This document shows, piece after piece, positions 39,940 through 49,534 of a stretch of 64,000 nucleotides of DNA. Origin of the DNA: Bacilli bacterium (GTDB lineage Bacteria > Bacillota_I > Bacilli_A > RF39 > UBA660); assembly GCA_017515795.1 (NCBI GenBank), contig JAFWEE010000008.1:6549-70548 (forward strand), read 5' to 3'. The stretch's first letter is position 1; every line of letters starts with the position of its first letter. The notes beneath the pieces are model-generated. The model did no database searches and had not been told where the DNA came from. It saw nothing but the letters and a program-made list of their open reading frames with translations. The position numbers and the translations under genes are program-made.

Positions 39940-42179
39940 TATTCATTCTCCCTATAATTAGACATTACAGAACCACCAAATAGTTTTTTAGAATATCTAT
40001 TAGCAATCAAAATAGACATTACTATTAAAACTATATATATAATTATGTAGTCTTTTAGTTCAAAGAAAGTACTTAATTGATATAAATAACTTATCTTTAA
40101 TATTATTTTATGTCTTATTAATATTAGAATTGTAGTAAATAATATATAAGCTATGTTTATATCTACTAATAATTCTATATTTAGAAGGTCATTTAAGACC
40201 TTTTTATTACCTCCTAAGGTTCTTATAGTAGAAAAGTAAGTATTTCTTGATTTAAGTATTATTTTTATAATGAAATAACATATAAAGAATAGAACTATTA
40301 TAGAAACAATAAATCTAATCTTACCAAATAATGTAACGAATCCTAAGATAGATCCAAATATATTAGAAGTCATATCCACCATTTTATAGATATTTACATT
40401 ATATTTATCTAATTCCTTAGTAACATTATCTATTTTTCTTTCATCATTAACATAAATACTCATTTGATATGTATTTTCATTAAATAATTGTTTATATTCA
40501 TCAGGATTCATAAATATTGTATTGTTATATTCATAATATTGTTCTTTTGTGAATCCTAATTTCTTATTTATAGTCTTTTCTTTAAAATTATCTATAATAT
40601 ATAATTCTTTACCTGTAGCATAATAATTATTCTTAATATTAATACCTATATTCTTTTTAAGACAGTTATAATCTTTACAATACATATTAAAGTCTTCTGA
40701 TACTATAGCATTTCCAGGTGATACTGCATCATGAGGTTTAATATTAAAGTATAGAGATGAATCATTAGATGAATAGATCTTATTATTTAAAGTAACCTCT
40801 ATATCACTATAGAATAAATTTATATCTGTTCTAGCACTAGATAATATATCATTAGATACATATAAAGTATTATTATAAATTAATTCTGCATTATCTTTTT
40901 CTTCTATAATACCTATTATTTTTAAATCTCTAGTTACTACTTCACCATTATTAGTAGTATAACTAAATGTATTATTTAAATACTTTTCTGCTTCATTTTT
41001 AGATACTGTACCAATAATTTTAATAATTGCTACATTAGAAGTATCTTCTTCGTTTGGAAGTCTTCCATATTTAACCTTTTTAACATTAGCAATATTATTA
41101 GTAATAACAGAATCCCATATCTTAGCAGATGCACATTCTAAAATAGATATACTATCTATAAGAATATCATCTTTTACTACCTCTTTTACATTACTAATCT
41201 TCTTCATTTCTTCTATTTCTTCTTCAGAAAATGGAGATTTATCTTTTTTATTAATAATAATTCTTTTTTCACTAGAATCATTAAATACATAACTAGTTTT
41301 AAACATTTGATTATTATATGTAGCCATATTTAATGATGTATAGTTAGAAAAAACTGATATTGTAAGTATAAAGTATACTAATATAAGTAAAAAGAACTTA
41401 ATTTTAATATTAAATACATTTCTAAAAGCAATTCTAAGCTTATTTAATAATGTAATATTCTTGTATTTTGGAGGTTCATCTATTACTTCCTCTGTTTCTT
41501 TTAACTTCTTATCTAGCATAATTCTTCCATCATGCATAATAATTTGCCTTGTTGCATATTCAGAGAATTGTTCATAGTTATGAGTAACAACTACTACTAG
41601 TTTATTCTTAGATATTTCATAAAGAAGTTTAGTTATCTCTTTAGCAGATGCTATATCTATATTACCAGTTGGTTCATCCGCAACTATTATTGGAGTGTTT
41701 TTAACTAGAGCTCTTGCAATAGCTACTCTTTGTTTTTGACCTCCAGATAATTTTGATGCTTTAGTATTCTTAAACTTAGTTAATTTAACAAGGTCTATTA
41801 CTTCTAATACTTTCTTTTTAATATTTCTTTTCTTTTCACCATTAAGAAGTAATACAAGTTCTATATTTTGATAAACTGTATAACTATTAACTAGGTTAAA
41901 GTTTTGGAATATATTTCCTATATATTTTCTTCTATAGTCTTCATAATCTTTTTCTGTATAATGAGATGTTTCTTCACCATTAATATATAATTCTCCTTCT
42001 TCATATGAATCAAGACCAGAGATTACATTTAATAAAGTACTTTTACCAGAACCAGATTCACCTGTAATAACTACAAATTCACCTTGATCAAGTGATAAAT
42101 TAACTTTATTAAAACCAGTAGAAACATTCTTTTTATTATGATAAAACTTAGAAACATTTATTAATTTTAATAAACTCAT
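39939..42179 (-). CDS. MacB-type ABC transporter, fused ATPase plus FtsX-family permease (paralog)
   Basis: 746 aa; GESGSGKSTLLN, LSGGQKQRVAIARAL, ADEPTGNID; same architecture; its stop overlaps the next start by 1 nt. Confidence 0.88.
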   Translation of the reverse strand: MSLLKLINVSKFYHNKKNVSTGFNKVNLSLDQGEFVVITGESGSGKSTLLNVISGLDSYEEGELYINGEETSHYTEKDYEDYRRKYIGNIFQNFNLVNSYTVYQNIELVLLLNGEKKRNIKKKVLEVIDLVKLTKFKNTKASKLSGGQKQRVAIARALVKNTPIIVADEPTGNIDIASAKEITKLLYEISKNKLVVVVTHNYEQFSEYATRQIIMHDGRIMLDKKLKETEEVIDEPPKYKNITLLNKLRIAFRNVFNIKIKFFLLILVYFILTISVFSNYTSLNMATYNNQMFKTSYVFNDSSEKRIIINKKDKSPFSEEEIEEMKKISNVKEVVKDDILIDSISILECASAKIWDSVITNNIANVKKVKYGRLPNEEDTSNVAIIKIIGTVSKNEAEKYLNNTFSYTTNNGEVVTRDLKIIGIIEEKDNAELIYNNTLYVSNDILSSARTDINLFYSDIEVTLNNKIYSSNDSSLYFNIKPHDAVSPGNAIVSEDFNMYCKDYNCLKKNIGINIKNNYYATGKELYIIDNFKEKTINKKLGFTKEQYYEYNNTIFMNPDEYKQLFNENTYQMSIYVNDERKIDNVTKELDKYNVNIYKMVDMTSNIFGSILGFVTLFGKIRFIVSIIVLFFICYFIIKIILKSRNTYFSTIRTLGGNKKVLNDLLNIELLVDINIAYILFTTILILIRHKIILKISYLYQLSTFFELKDYIIIYIVLIVMSILIANRYSKKLFGGSVMSNYRENE

Positions 42180-42235
42180 TTCTCATCCTCCTTATTATTC
42201 ACTATTAAGAATTATACTACAAAAAAGAGACTTTA

Positions 42236-43432
42236 TCAATTGATAAAGTCTACCCTTATTAAATCATTTTTATATACTTCTATATCACATGGAATTCTTA
42301 GTATTTCTCTTGGATGATTAGCATATTCTACTAATTCTCCATCTTTATTTTTAATATATTTTACTTCTATAGATATATTTCTATTATTAGGACCAAATAT
42401 ATTAATTTTATCTCCTATAGAGAAGTAATTTCTTTCTTCTAGAACTATTTCTTTATTTTTTTTATCATATGATAGAACTACTCCAAGAAAATCTTGATTT
42501 GTTTTTTCTTCTCTACCTATATAATATTGCTCATTCATAGATGGAAATTTATTAATATATTGAGGCAAAGACTCTCTATTAGCACATCTTCTTAAGATAA
42601 TATCATCATTTTTATTATATTTATATTTACCATCATATATTTCATCTATAACTCTTCTATAAACTGATAATATAGTAGCTAAATAATATATAGATTTCAT
42701 TCTACCTTCTATTTTAAATGAATTTACTCCTGCTTTCATTAGATCTTTAATATGAACTAATAATTGCTGATCTTTAGGAGAAAATGAAAACTTAGTTTCA
42801 TCAGATATCTTATTATCTTCATCATATAAATCAAATACCCATCTACATATTTGTGCGCATGCTCCTCTATTTGAATCTCTATTAGTTAAATAATTAGAAA
42901 GAGCACATCTTCCTGAATAACCCATACACATAGCACCATGTATAAATACTTCTATATCAGCATTTGTATTCTTTTTAATAGATTTAATATCATCTAATGA
43001 GCATTCTCTTCCTAATACTATTCTTTTAACATTATTTTTTAAATAGAACTTAGATGCTTCACTATTAATACATGATTTTTGAGTACTTAAATGATAATCT
43101 ATATTAATTTTTTCTTTCTTTAATAGATCTATAATAAATAAATCACTAGATATAATTGCATCTACTTTATATTCTTCTAGCTTTTTAAGGTATTTTATAA
43201 GGCCTTTTATATCTTTTTGATGAAATAGTATATTAACTGTTACATATACCTTTTTACCTCTTTTATGGGCATATTCTACGCCTTTTTTAATCTCTGATAA
43301 AGAAAAATTTTTAGCATTAGATCTAAGAGAATACTCTTTACCTCCAAGGTATACAGCATCTGCACCATAGTCTATTGCCCATTTTAATCTTTCTAAGTCT
43401 CCTGCTGGTGCTAATAACTCTGGTTTAATCAT
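42236..43432 (-). CDS. Peptidase U32 family protein (YrrO-like, tRNA ho5U-associated family)
   Basis: 398 aa; U32 signature EVFIHGAMCMGYSGRCALSNY; synteny with yrrN and yrrM. Confidence 0.88.
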   Translation of the reverse strand: MIKPELLAPAGDLERLKWAIDYGADAVYLGGKEYSLRSNAKNFSLSEIKKGVEYAHKRGKKVYVTVNILFHQKDIKGLIKYLKKLEEYKVDAIISSDLFIIDLLKKEKINIDYHLSTQKSCINSEASKFYLKNNVKRIVLGRECSLDDIKSIKKNTNADIEVFIHGAMCMGYSGRCALSNYLTNRDSNRGACAQICRWVFDLYDEDNKISDETKFSFSPKDQQLLVHIKDLMKAGVNSFKIEGRMKSIYYLATILSVYRRVIDEIYDGKYKYNKNDDIILRRCANRESLPQYINKFPSMNEQYYIGREEKTNQDFLGVVLSYDKKNKEIVLEERNYFSIGDKINIFGPNNRNISIEVKYIKNKDGELVEYANHPREILRIPCDIEVYKNDLIRVDFIN

Positions 43433-44249
43433 AATCTGTCACCCTATATACTGTTTCTTTATCAAGAAAACCTATATAATTATCCTTTGTTACATTATTA
43501 TTTAAGAAATTACTAACTTCATTATAAAATATTTCGTTATCTATTAAATAATTATCTAAAATAATATTTAAATTATCTAATTTAGGAAGATATTCTATTA
43601 TATTAAATATATCTCCAGTATAGAAATTAGTATTAAAGTCTTCTACTATTTTAAATTCTTTAGATGTAATAAAGTCCTTAAATGTATATACTTTTTTACT
43701 TTTTTTCTTACCTATAAACTTAAAATAATTAGTTAATAGTTTTCTAGATGATGTAGCCATATTTAAATGACCATATCCTTTTACAAATATATTAGATTTA
43801 GTATTGTTTTTAATATCATTTATCTCATTAAGAGTAAGTTCAGTGCATATATAGGCATTTTTAACCCCTCTATTTAAATAAAAATCTAATGTATATGAAT
43901 TTGTACCTGTATGGTTAGAAATAAGCAATTTTTGCCCTTTAAAACCTATATCATTTAATATATTAAGTACTGCATCATCTGTAAATCCAATAATTACATC
44001 TAACTTAGATAATTTAACTAACACTTTCTTTAAATCTTTTAATTCATGTTCAAAATATAATCTGTTTAAAAAAATAATAATATCCTTATTATTATTTTTT
44101 ACTTTATTACATATTAAAGAAATTTTATCTAAAGATAAATAACTATTAAATTCACTACTAAATTTTTCAATACCATAAATAAATCCTGATACATTTAAAT
44201 CAATATATCTATCAATATTATCTGGATTAGTAATGTAATATTTATTCAT
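43425..44249 (-). CDS. U32-family paralog (YrrN-like) lacking the Cys signature
   Basis: 274 aa; the homologous segment IFVKGYGHLNMATSSRKLLTNY has both Cys replaced; 8-nt overlaps with both neighbours. Confidence 0.7.
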   Translation of the reverse strand: MNKYYITNPDNIDRYIDLNVSGFIYGIEKFSSEFNSYLSLDKISLICNKVKNNNKDIIIFLNRLYFEHELKDLKKVLVKLSKLDVIIGFTDDAVLNILNDIGFKGQKLLISNHTGTNSYTLDFYLNRGVKNAYICTELTLNEINDIKNNTKSNIFVKGYGHLNMATSSRKLLTNYFKFIGKKKSKKVYTFKDFITSKEFKIVEDFNTNFYTGDIFNIIEYLPKLDNLNIILDNYLIDNEIFYNEVSNFLNNNVTKDNYIGFLDKETVYRVTDYD

Positions 44250-44841
44250 TTATCTCATCCTTTTTATAAGTTATAGCAATGCCATCTCCAACTTTATAGA
44301 ATTTAGTCTCATATTCATCATGATTCTTAAGAAATTCTATATAATCTCTAATCTTCATAACAAGACCTCTAAGATTCTTATTTTCTATTTCTTCTTTAGA
44401 TTCTACAAAACCATGGAATGATATATTATCTGTAACTATAACACCATATTTATTTAAATTATTCTTATATTTATTAAAGAAATTAATGTTTTGTGCTTTA
44501 GCAGCATCTATAAATATTAAGTCATACTTTTCAGTTATATCTATATCTAAAGCATCACCACATATTAAAGTAATTCTCTTATCTAGATCACATGCTTTAA
44601 TATTTTTAAGAGCCATCATATATCTATCTTGGTTTCTTTCTACTGAAGTAATCTTAATATCATCAGATACTAAAGCCATTCTAATAGAAGAATATCCAAT
44701 AGCAGTACCAAGTTCTAATATAGACTTAATATTATTCTTTTCAATAAATTTACATAAGAAGTCTATTCCTCTTTTTTCCATTATAGGAATATTTTCCTCT
44801 TCTGCATATTTTTCCATTTGTTTAATTATGTCTTTATACAT
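44242..44841 (-). CDS. trmR: SAM-dependent O-methyltransferase (YrrM/TrmR-like)
   Basis: 199 aa; SAM motif ILELGTAIGYSS; IFIDAAKAQ; synteny with the yrrN/yrrO homologs. Confidence 0.8.
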   Translation of the reverse strand: MYKDIIKQMEKYAEEENIPIMEKRGIDFLCKFIEKNNIKSILELGTAIGYSSIRMALVSDDIKITSVERNQDRYMMALKNIKACDLDKRITLICGDALDIDITEKYDLIFIDAAKAQNINFFNKYKNNLNKYGVIVTDNISFHGFVESKEEIENKNLRGLVMKIRDYIEFLKNHDEYETKFYKVGDGIAITYKKDEINE

Positions 44842-44845
44842 AATA

Positions 44846-45100
44846 TCACTTCCCCTTTTTATCTAAACTTTCTAGTAGTCTAGAAATAAATTCCCATTCT
44901 TCTTTTTTAGTTATTTTTTCTAATTTATTATTTTTTGGATTAAATACCGTAGCATATGTTTTAATTGAACCGTTTTTAAGTTTAGTATCATCTGTATATA
45001 CGATACCTATCTTACCACCAGTTTTTTCATATGCATAAAGAATTCTAGCATTGACAAGTTCCCCATTATTATTCATGAATGTGATAACATCTTTTTTCAT
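44846..45100 (-). CDS. DUF1292 (YrzB-like) small protein
   Basis: 84 aa; position between ruvX and trmR as for B. subtilis yrzB. Confidence 0.65.
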   Translation of the reverse strand: MKKDVITFMNNNGELVNARILYAYEKTGGKIGIVYTDDTKLKNGSIKTYATVFNPKNNKLEKITKKEEWEFISRLLESLDKKGK

Positions 45101-45107
45101 GATGATA

Positions 45108-45527
45108 TTAATCCTTTCTTTGATCTAAATATCTTTGAAGTATAATTGTAGCTGCTAAGCTATCAACTTTTTCCTTTCTTTTATCTCTTCTAGTACCATT
45201 ACTTATCATTAAGTTATTAGCTTCTACAGAAGATAATCTTTCATCTTGAAGAATTACTTCTATATTAATATTATCTTCTATTAATTTTTTAAAGTTTAAA
45301 CTTCTTTCAGAAGCAAATCCCATAGAATTATCCATATTCTTTGGTAATCCTAATACAAGTTTATCTATTTTCTCATTAATAATTATCTCTTTTAGAGGTT
45401 CTATTAATGAATTATAGTCTTCATTTTCAAACTTTAATAGTTTATAAGAAGAAGCAATAATACCCATAGCATCACTTTTAGCTATACCTAATGTTTTAGT
45501 ACCTAAATCTAACCCCAAATATCTCAT
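45108..45527 (-). CDS. ruvX: Holliday-junction-resolvase-like pre-16S rRNA nuclease (YrrK/YqgF)
   Basis: 139 aa; N-terminal YLGLDLGTKTLGIA. Confidence 0.92.
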   Translation of the reverse strand: MRYLGLDLGTKTLGIAKSDAMGIIASSYKLLKFENEDYNSLIEPLKEIIINEKIDKLVLGLPKNMDNSMGFASERSLNFKKLIEDNINIEVILQDERLSSVEANNLMISNGTRRDKRKEKVDSLAATIILQRYLDQRKD

Positions 45528-45772
45528 TATTTATTTAAATAATATCTAAGTAAACATTCAATTATATCAGTTCTATCAATCTTAGTTATCTTTTGTCTAC
45601 TTTCTTTGTAGTTTGATATATAACCAGGATCACCACTAATTAAATAACCTACTAATTGGTTTACTGAATTATATCCTCTTTCTTCTAGAGCTTCTTTTAC
45701 GTCTTCTAAAGTATCCTTTACAAGACTATTATTTACGTCCTTCGGATCAAATACATTTGTCTCTTCAGTCAT
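45527..45772 (-). CDS. IreB-family regulatory phosphoprotein (YrzL, UPF0297)
   Basis: 81 aa; GYNSVNQLVGYLISGDPGYIS matches the YrzL/IreB core. Confidence 0.85.
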   Translation of the reverse strand: MTEETNVFDPKDVNNSLVKDTLEDVKEALEERGYNSVNQLVGYLISGDPGYISNYKESRQKITKIDRTDIIECLLRYYLNK

Positions 45773-45840
45773 AATTTCACCTCTTTAACGATTAATATTA
45801 TATCACATATAAAAGAAAAAACCTACAGTTTTTTGTAGGT

Positions 45841-46947
45841 TTATTCAAGCCATAATCCTTTATTTTTTAAATCTTTTATTACTTTTTGTTGATCAGCATC
45901 AGTTTTTGAAAAATGTATATTAGTATTTTTATCTGCTACAAAGTAATAATAATCTTTATATTCATCTAATGGAGTTACTAATCCTTTAACAACTGCTTCT
46001 ATAGAATCTATTGAACAAGATGATATAGGACCTACAGGAAGAGCTTTAACGCATGATCCTCTAGTATTATACCCATCACATATCTTAAAGTCTGATGCAT
46101 ATAAAGTATCAGTTCCTATTTTTTTATGAGCAGAATAATATGTAGTAACATCAGATCCAAGTGTCATACCAACATTCATTCTATTTAAGAATACTTGAGC
46201 AACACCTTGTAATTCTTTCTCATAATTAGATGTCCCCTTACCAGGTCCTTCATGTTCTACAATAGATGCTAAAGTAATTACATCATGATAATTAGTCCAA
46301 GTAAAATTATTCTTTTTGTACATTTCAAGCATTTTATCATTAAGAGTACTAATTAATTTTTCAGCTATTTCTTCTACAGTTGCATCTTTTCTAAAATCAT
46401 ATGTATCTCCAAGAAGATATCCTTCTAAATGATGTCTAATACCTTCTTTAAACACATCATTTGTAACTATAGTATATTTATTTACCATACTAGTTACAAA
46501 AGTAGCATCATCTAATTTAGCAATAACATCATTTACATCCATATTCTTTTTAGTAGCTATAACTGCTGCTACATCCTCAAATGTACCTGCATCAGCAAAT
46601 CTAATTCTAATAGAATCTTTATCTATAGCTGCTGTAGGATCATTTAATGTATTAATTATATCTTTTAGTGAATCAGATTTATCTAATTGATAATCTCCTG
46701 CTTTAAACATTATTTGATGTTTTTCAGTATCATTTAATTTAATATAAACTAATGTAAAATATTCATTTCTAATTAGTCCTGCTTTTTTTAAATTCTTTAC
46801 AACAACTCTCGCTCCATCATCTTTATTGATTGTAAAATTAACTTCTTCTGTAGCACCTTGTACAGGTGTAGTCATATAATAACAACCTGCAACTAGTGCA
46901 CCAACTATAATAATTGTTATTAATGGTAATAAAAATCTTTTTTTCAT
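45841..46947 (-). CDS. mltG: Endolytic murein transglycosylase MltG (YceG-like)
   Basis: 368 aa; N-terminal TM segment; LASIVEHEG catalytic region; synteny (yrrL). Confidence 0.88.
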   Translation of the reverse strand: MKKRFLLPLITIIIVGALVAGCYYMTTPVQGATEEVNFTINKDDGARVVVKNLKKAGLIRNEYFTLVYIKLNDTEKHQIMFKAGDYQLDKSDSLKDIINTLNDPTAAIDKDSIRIRFADAGTFEDVAAVIATKKNMDVNDVIAKLDDATFVTSMVNKYTIVTNDVFKEGIRHHLEGYLLGDTYDFRKDATVEEIAEKLISTLNDKMLEMYKKNNFTWTNYHDVITLASIVEHEGPGKGTSNYEKELQGVAQVFLNRMNVGMTLGSDVTTYYSAHKKIGTDTLYASDFKICDGYNTRGSCVKALPVGPISSCSIDSIEAVVKGLVTPLDEYKDYYYFVADKNTNIHFSKTDADQQKVIKDLKNKGLWLE

Positions 46948-46959
46948 ATATTCTCCTTT

Positions 46960-48693
46960 TTATTCAAGAATAGCTTTAATTCTTCTTATACCAGCAGAAG
47001 AAGCTTCTTCTTTTACTATTTTAAAGTGACCTAATTCATTAGTATTACTAACATGAGGACCACCGCATATTTCTATTGATACGTCTCCTATAGAATAAAC
47101 AGTAACTATATCAGGATATTTTTCAATAAACATACATTCTGCGCCTTTTTCTACTGCTTCTAACTTAGGCATTTCAGTTTTAGTAACTGTAAGACCTTCA
47201 TTAATCCATTTATTAACTAAATCTTCAGTATTTTTAATTTCTTCATCAGTTAATTTATGATCACAATTAAAGTCAAATCTCATTCTTTCAGATGTTATAT
47301 TTGATCCTCTTTGATGCGAATCAGGATTAACTGTAATCTTTAATGCAGCATTTAATAAATGAGTTGCTGTATGATATTTTGTTTCCATTTCACCAGAGGA
47401 AGCAAGTCCTCCTTTAAATTTACCAGCAGATGCACTTCTAGATAATTCTTGATGTTTCTTAAAGAACTCATTGAATCCTTTTTCATCTACTTTAATACCT
47501 TTTTCATTTGCTAATTCAATAGTTAATTCAATTGGGAATCCATAAGTATCATATAAATGGAATGCATGTTCTCCATCTATATCAGTATTACTTATCTTTT
47601 CAAATTCTTTTAATCCTTTTTCTAGAGTTCTATTAAATTTAGTTTTTTCATTTCTAAATACTTCTAGAATATAGTCTCTATTATCAAGTTCACTATAGAA
47701 TTCTTTATAGTTATCTATTACTAAATCAATTAAAGATTCTTCCCAATTAGTATTAATATCAATATCTAATTTTCTTATATATCTTATAATTCTTCTTATT
47801 AGTCTTCTAAGAATATATCCTTGATCTGTATTAGATGGAACTACTTTTGAAGGGTCTGCTATTATAAATACCGAAGATCTAATATGATCTGCTATAATAC
47901 GCATCTCCTTACTATAATCATTATAACTTTTATTAGATAGATTTTCAAGAATATTTATATATGGCATAAAGATACTTGATGTATAGTTGTCAGTTTTTCC
48001 TTCAAGTATAGCAGTAGTTCTTTCAACTCCCATACCAGTATCTACATTTTTCTTTGGAAGTTCAGTAAAAGTACCATCTTCATGCTTTTCATATTGCATA
48101 AATACATTATTCCATATTTCTACCCATCTATTATCTTCTGGATCAAATTCTTTAGGTATTTCTTCATCTGATCTAAAATAGAATATTTCAGTATCAGGTC
48201 CACATGGTCCTGTTTCTCCTGCTATCCAGAAATTATCATCAACTGTTTTAGCAATTCTTTCTTCTGGTATACCCATTTTAATCCATAAATCATGAGCTTC
48301 TTTATCAAAAGGAATACCATCTGATCCAGCATATACAGTAACTGCTAATCTATCATTTGGTATATTTAATACTTTTGTTAAAAATTCATAACTCCAAGAT
48401 ATTGACTCTTCTTTAAAATAGTCTCCAAGTGACCAGTTACCAAGCATTTCAAAGAATGTATGATGATAACTGTCTCCAATATTATCTAAATCATTAGTTC
48501 TAAGGCATTTTTGATAATCACATAACTTAGTACCATATGGATGTGTTTGTCCCATTAAATAAGGTATTAATGGTTGCATACCAGCAGTATTAAATAATAC
48601 TGAAGGATCATTTTCCGGTACTAAAGGAGCACTTGGTATTTGTTTATGTCCTTTAGAAATAAAGAAATCTATATATAATTTTTTTAAATTCAT
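46960..48693 (-). CDS. alaS: Alanine--tRNA ligase, short form without the C-Ala domain
   Basis: 577 aa; FNTAGMQP, HHTFFEMLGNWSLGDYFK; editing-site HTATHLL and CGGPHV. The protein ends right after the editing core, and its start overlaps the cmk stop (ATGA). Confidence 0.9.
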   Translation of the reverse strand: MNLKKLYIDFFISKGHKQIPSAPLVPENDPSVLFNTAGMQPLIPYLMGQTHPYGTKLCDYQKCLRTNDLDNIGDSYHHTFFEMLGNWSLGDYFKEESISWSYEFLTKVLNIPNDRLAVTVYAGSDGIPFDKEAHDLWIKMGIPEERIAKTVDDNFWIAGETGPCGPDTEIFYFRSDEEIPKEFDPEDNRWVEIWNNVFMQYEKHEDGTFTELPKKNVDTGMGVERTTAILEGKTDNYTSSIFMPYINILENLSNKSYNDYSKEMRIIADHIRSSVFIIADPSKVVPSNTDQGYILRRLIRRIIRYIRKLDIDINTNWEESLIDLVIDNYKEFYSELDNRDYILEVFRNEKTKFNRTLEKGLKEFEKISNTDIDGEHAFHLYDTYGFPIELTIELANEKGIKVDEKGFNEFFKKHQELSRSASAGKFKGGLASSGEMETKYHTATHLLNAALKITVNPDSHQRGSNITSERMRFDFNCDHKLTDEEIKNTEDLVNKWINEGLTVTKTEMPKLEAVEKGAECMFIEKYPDIVTVYSIGDVSIEICGGPHVSNTNELGHFKIVKEEASSAGIRRIKAILE

Positions 48694-49331
48694 TTAATTA
48701 CCTCCAACATATATAAAACTACTTCTTCAATAGTCATATTACTTGAATCTATATATATTTGATCATCAGTTCTCTTAAGAGCACCATATTCTCTAGTCAT
48801 ATCTGCTAGATCTCTATTTTTTATACTCTCATATATTTCATTATAATCTGATTCAAGCCCTTTTTCTTCATTTTGTTTAACTCTTCTTTTGGTTCTTTCT
48901 TCAATAGACGCATCTAGATAAAATTTATAATCTGCATCAGGAAATACTTCAGTTGTAATATCTCTTCCTTCCATTACAATACTATGATCATTAGCAAATT
49001 CTCTTTGTTTTAATCTCATTAATTCTCTAATAGATGGATATCCTGATATTTTAGATATATTAGTGTTTATTTCTTGAGTTCTAATTCTATCTGATATATC
49101 TTCACCATCTAAAAGATTTCTACAATCTTTAGTAATTTCCATCTTACAATTAGAAAATGCTTCATAAATTGCTTTTTCATTATCAATATCAATATTATCT
49201 CTTAATACTAGATAAGTAAGGCTTCTATACATAGAACCTGTATCTATATATACATATCCTAATCTTTCTGCTAGTATTTTTGAAATAGTTCCTTTACCAG
49301 ATCCTGCTGGTCCATCAATTGCAATTATCAT
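48690..49331 (-). CDS. cmk: Cytidylate kinase
   Basis: 213 aa; P-loop IAIDGPAGSGKGT; RBS AGGAGG. Confidence 0.93.
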   Translation of the reverse strand: MIIAIDGPAGSGKGTISKILAERLGYVYIDTGSMYRSLTYLVLRDNIDIDNEKAIYEAFSNCKMEITKDCRNLLDGEDISDRIRTQEINTNISKISGYPSIRELMRLKQREFANDHSIVMEGRDITTEVFPDADYKFYLDASIEERTKRRVKQNEEKGLESDYNEIYESIKNRDLADMTREYGALKRTDDQIYIDSSNMTIEEVVLYMLEVIK

Positions 49332-49343
49332 ATTTTACCTCCT

Positions 49344-49525
49344 AAAAAAAGAATGGTATTCCTTATGTAAGGAGCCATATATGGCGGTACCATCCTTTAT
49401 TATACTTAATTATTATAACGGATACCCGGCATGTTTTCATGCATAAATAATAGTAGCTTTCATTAATTTTAATTATTATCTTACACCAACCGATAACTCT
49501 CTTTAAATTAATAATTAATTACTTT
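49344..49525 (-). promoter_or_regulatory. T-box riboswitch leader, tRNA-Ala (operon cmk-alaS)
   Basis: Minus strand: AGAGAG and UGGUGUAAG (Stem I platform motifs). Specifier GAAA-GCU-A (GCU = 49457-49455) is closed by the AAUAG/CUAUU helix. T-box AAAGGAUGGUACCGCC (49383-49397) with A2 helix GCCA/UGGC; terminator plus U7 (49344-49350). Confidence 0.85.
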
Positions 49526-49534
49526 TCTATTATA

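Noticed and set aside
46948-46959. Short alaS as a truncated pseudogene
   Set aside because: The ORF ends cleanly after an intact editing core, and only 12 nt separate it from mltG. No residual C-Ala coding sequence exists in any frame, so this looks like a genuine short form
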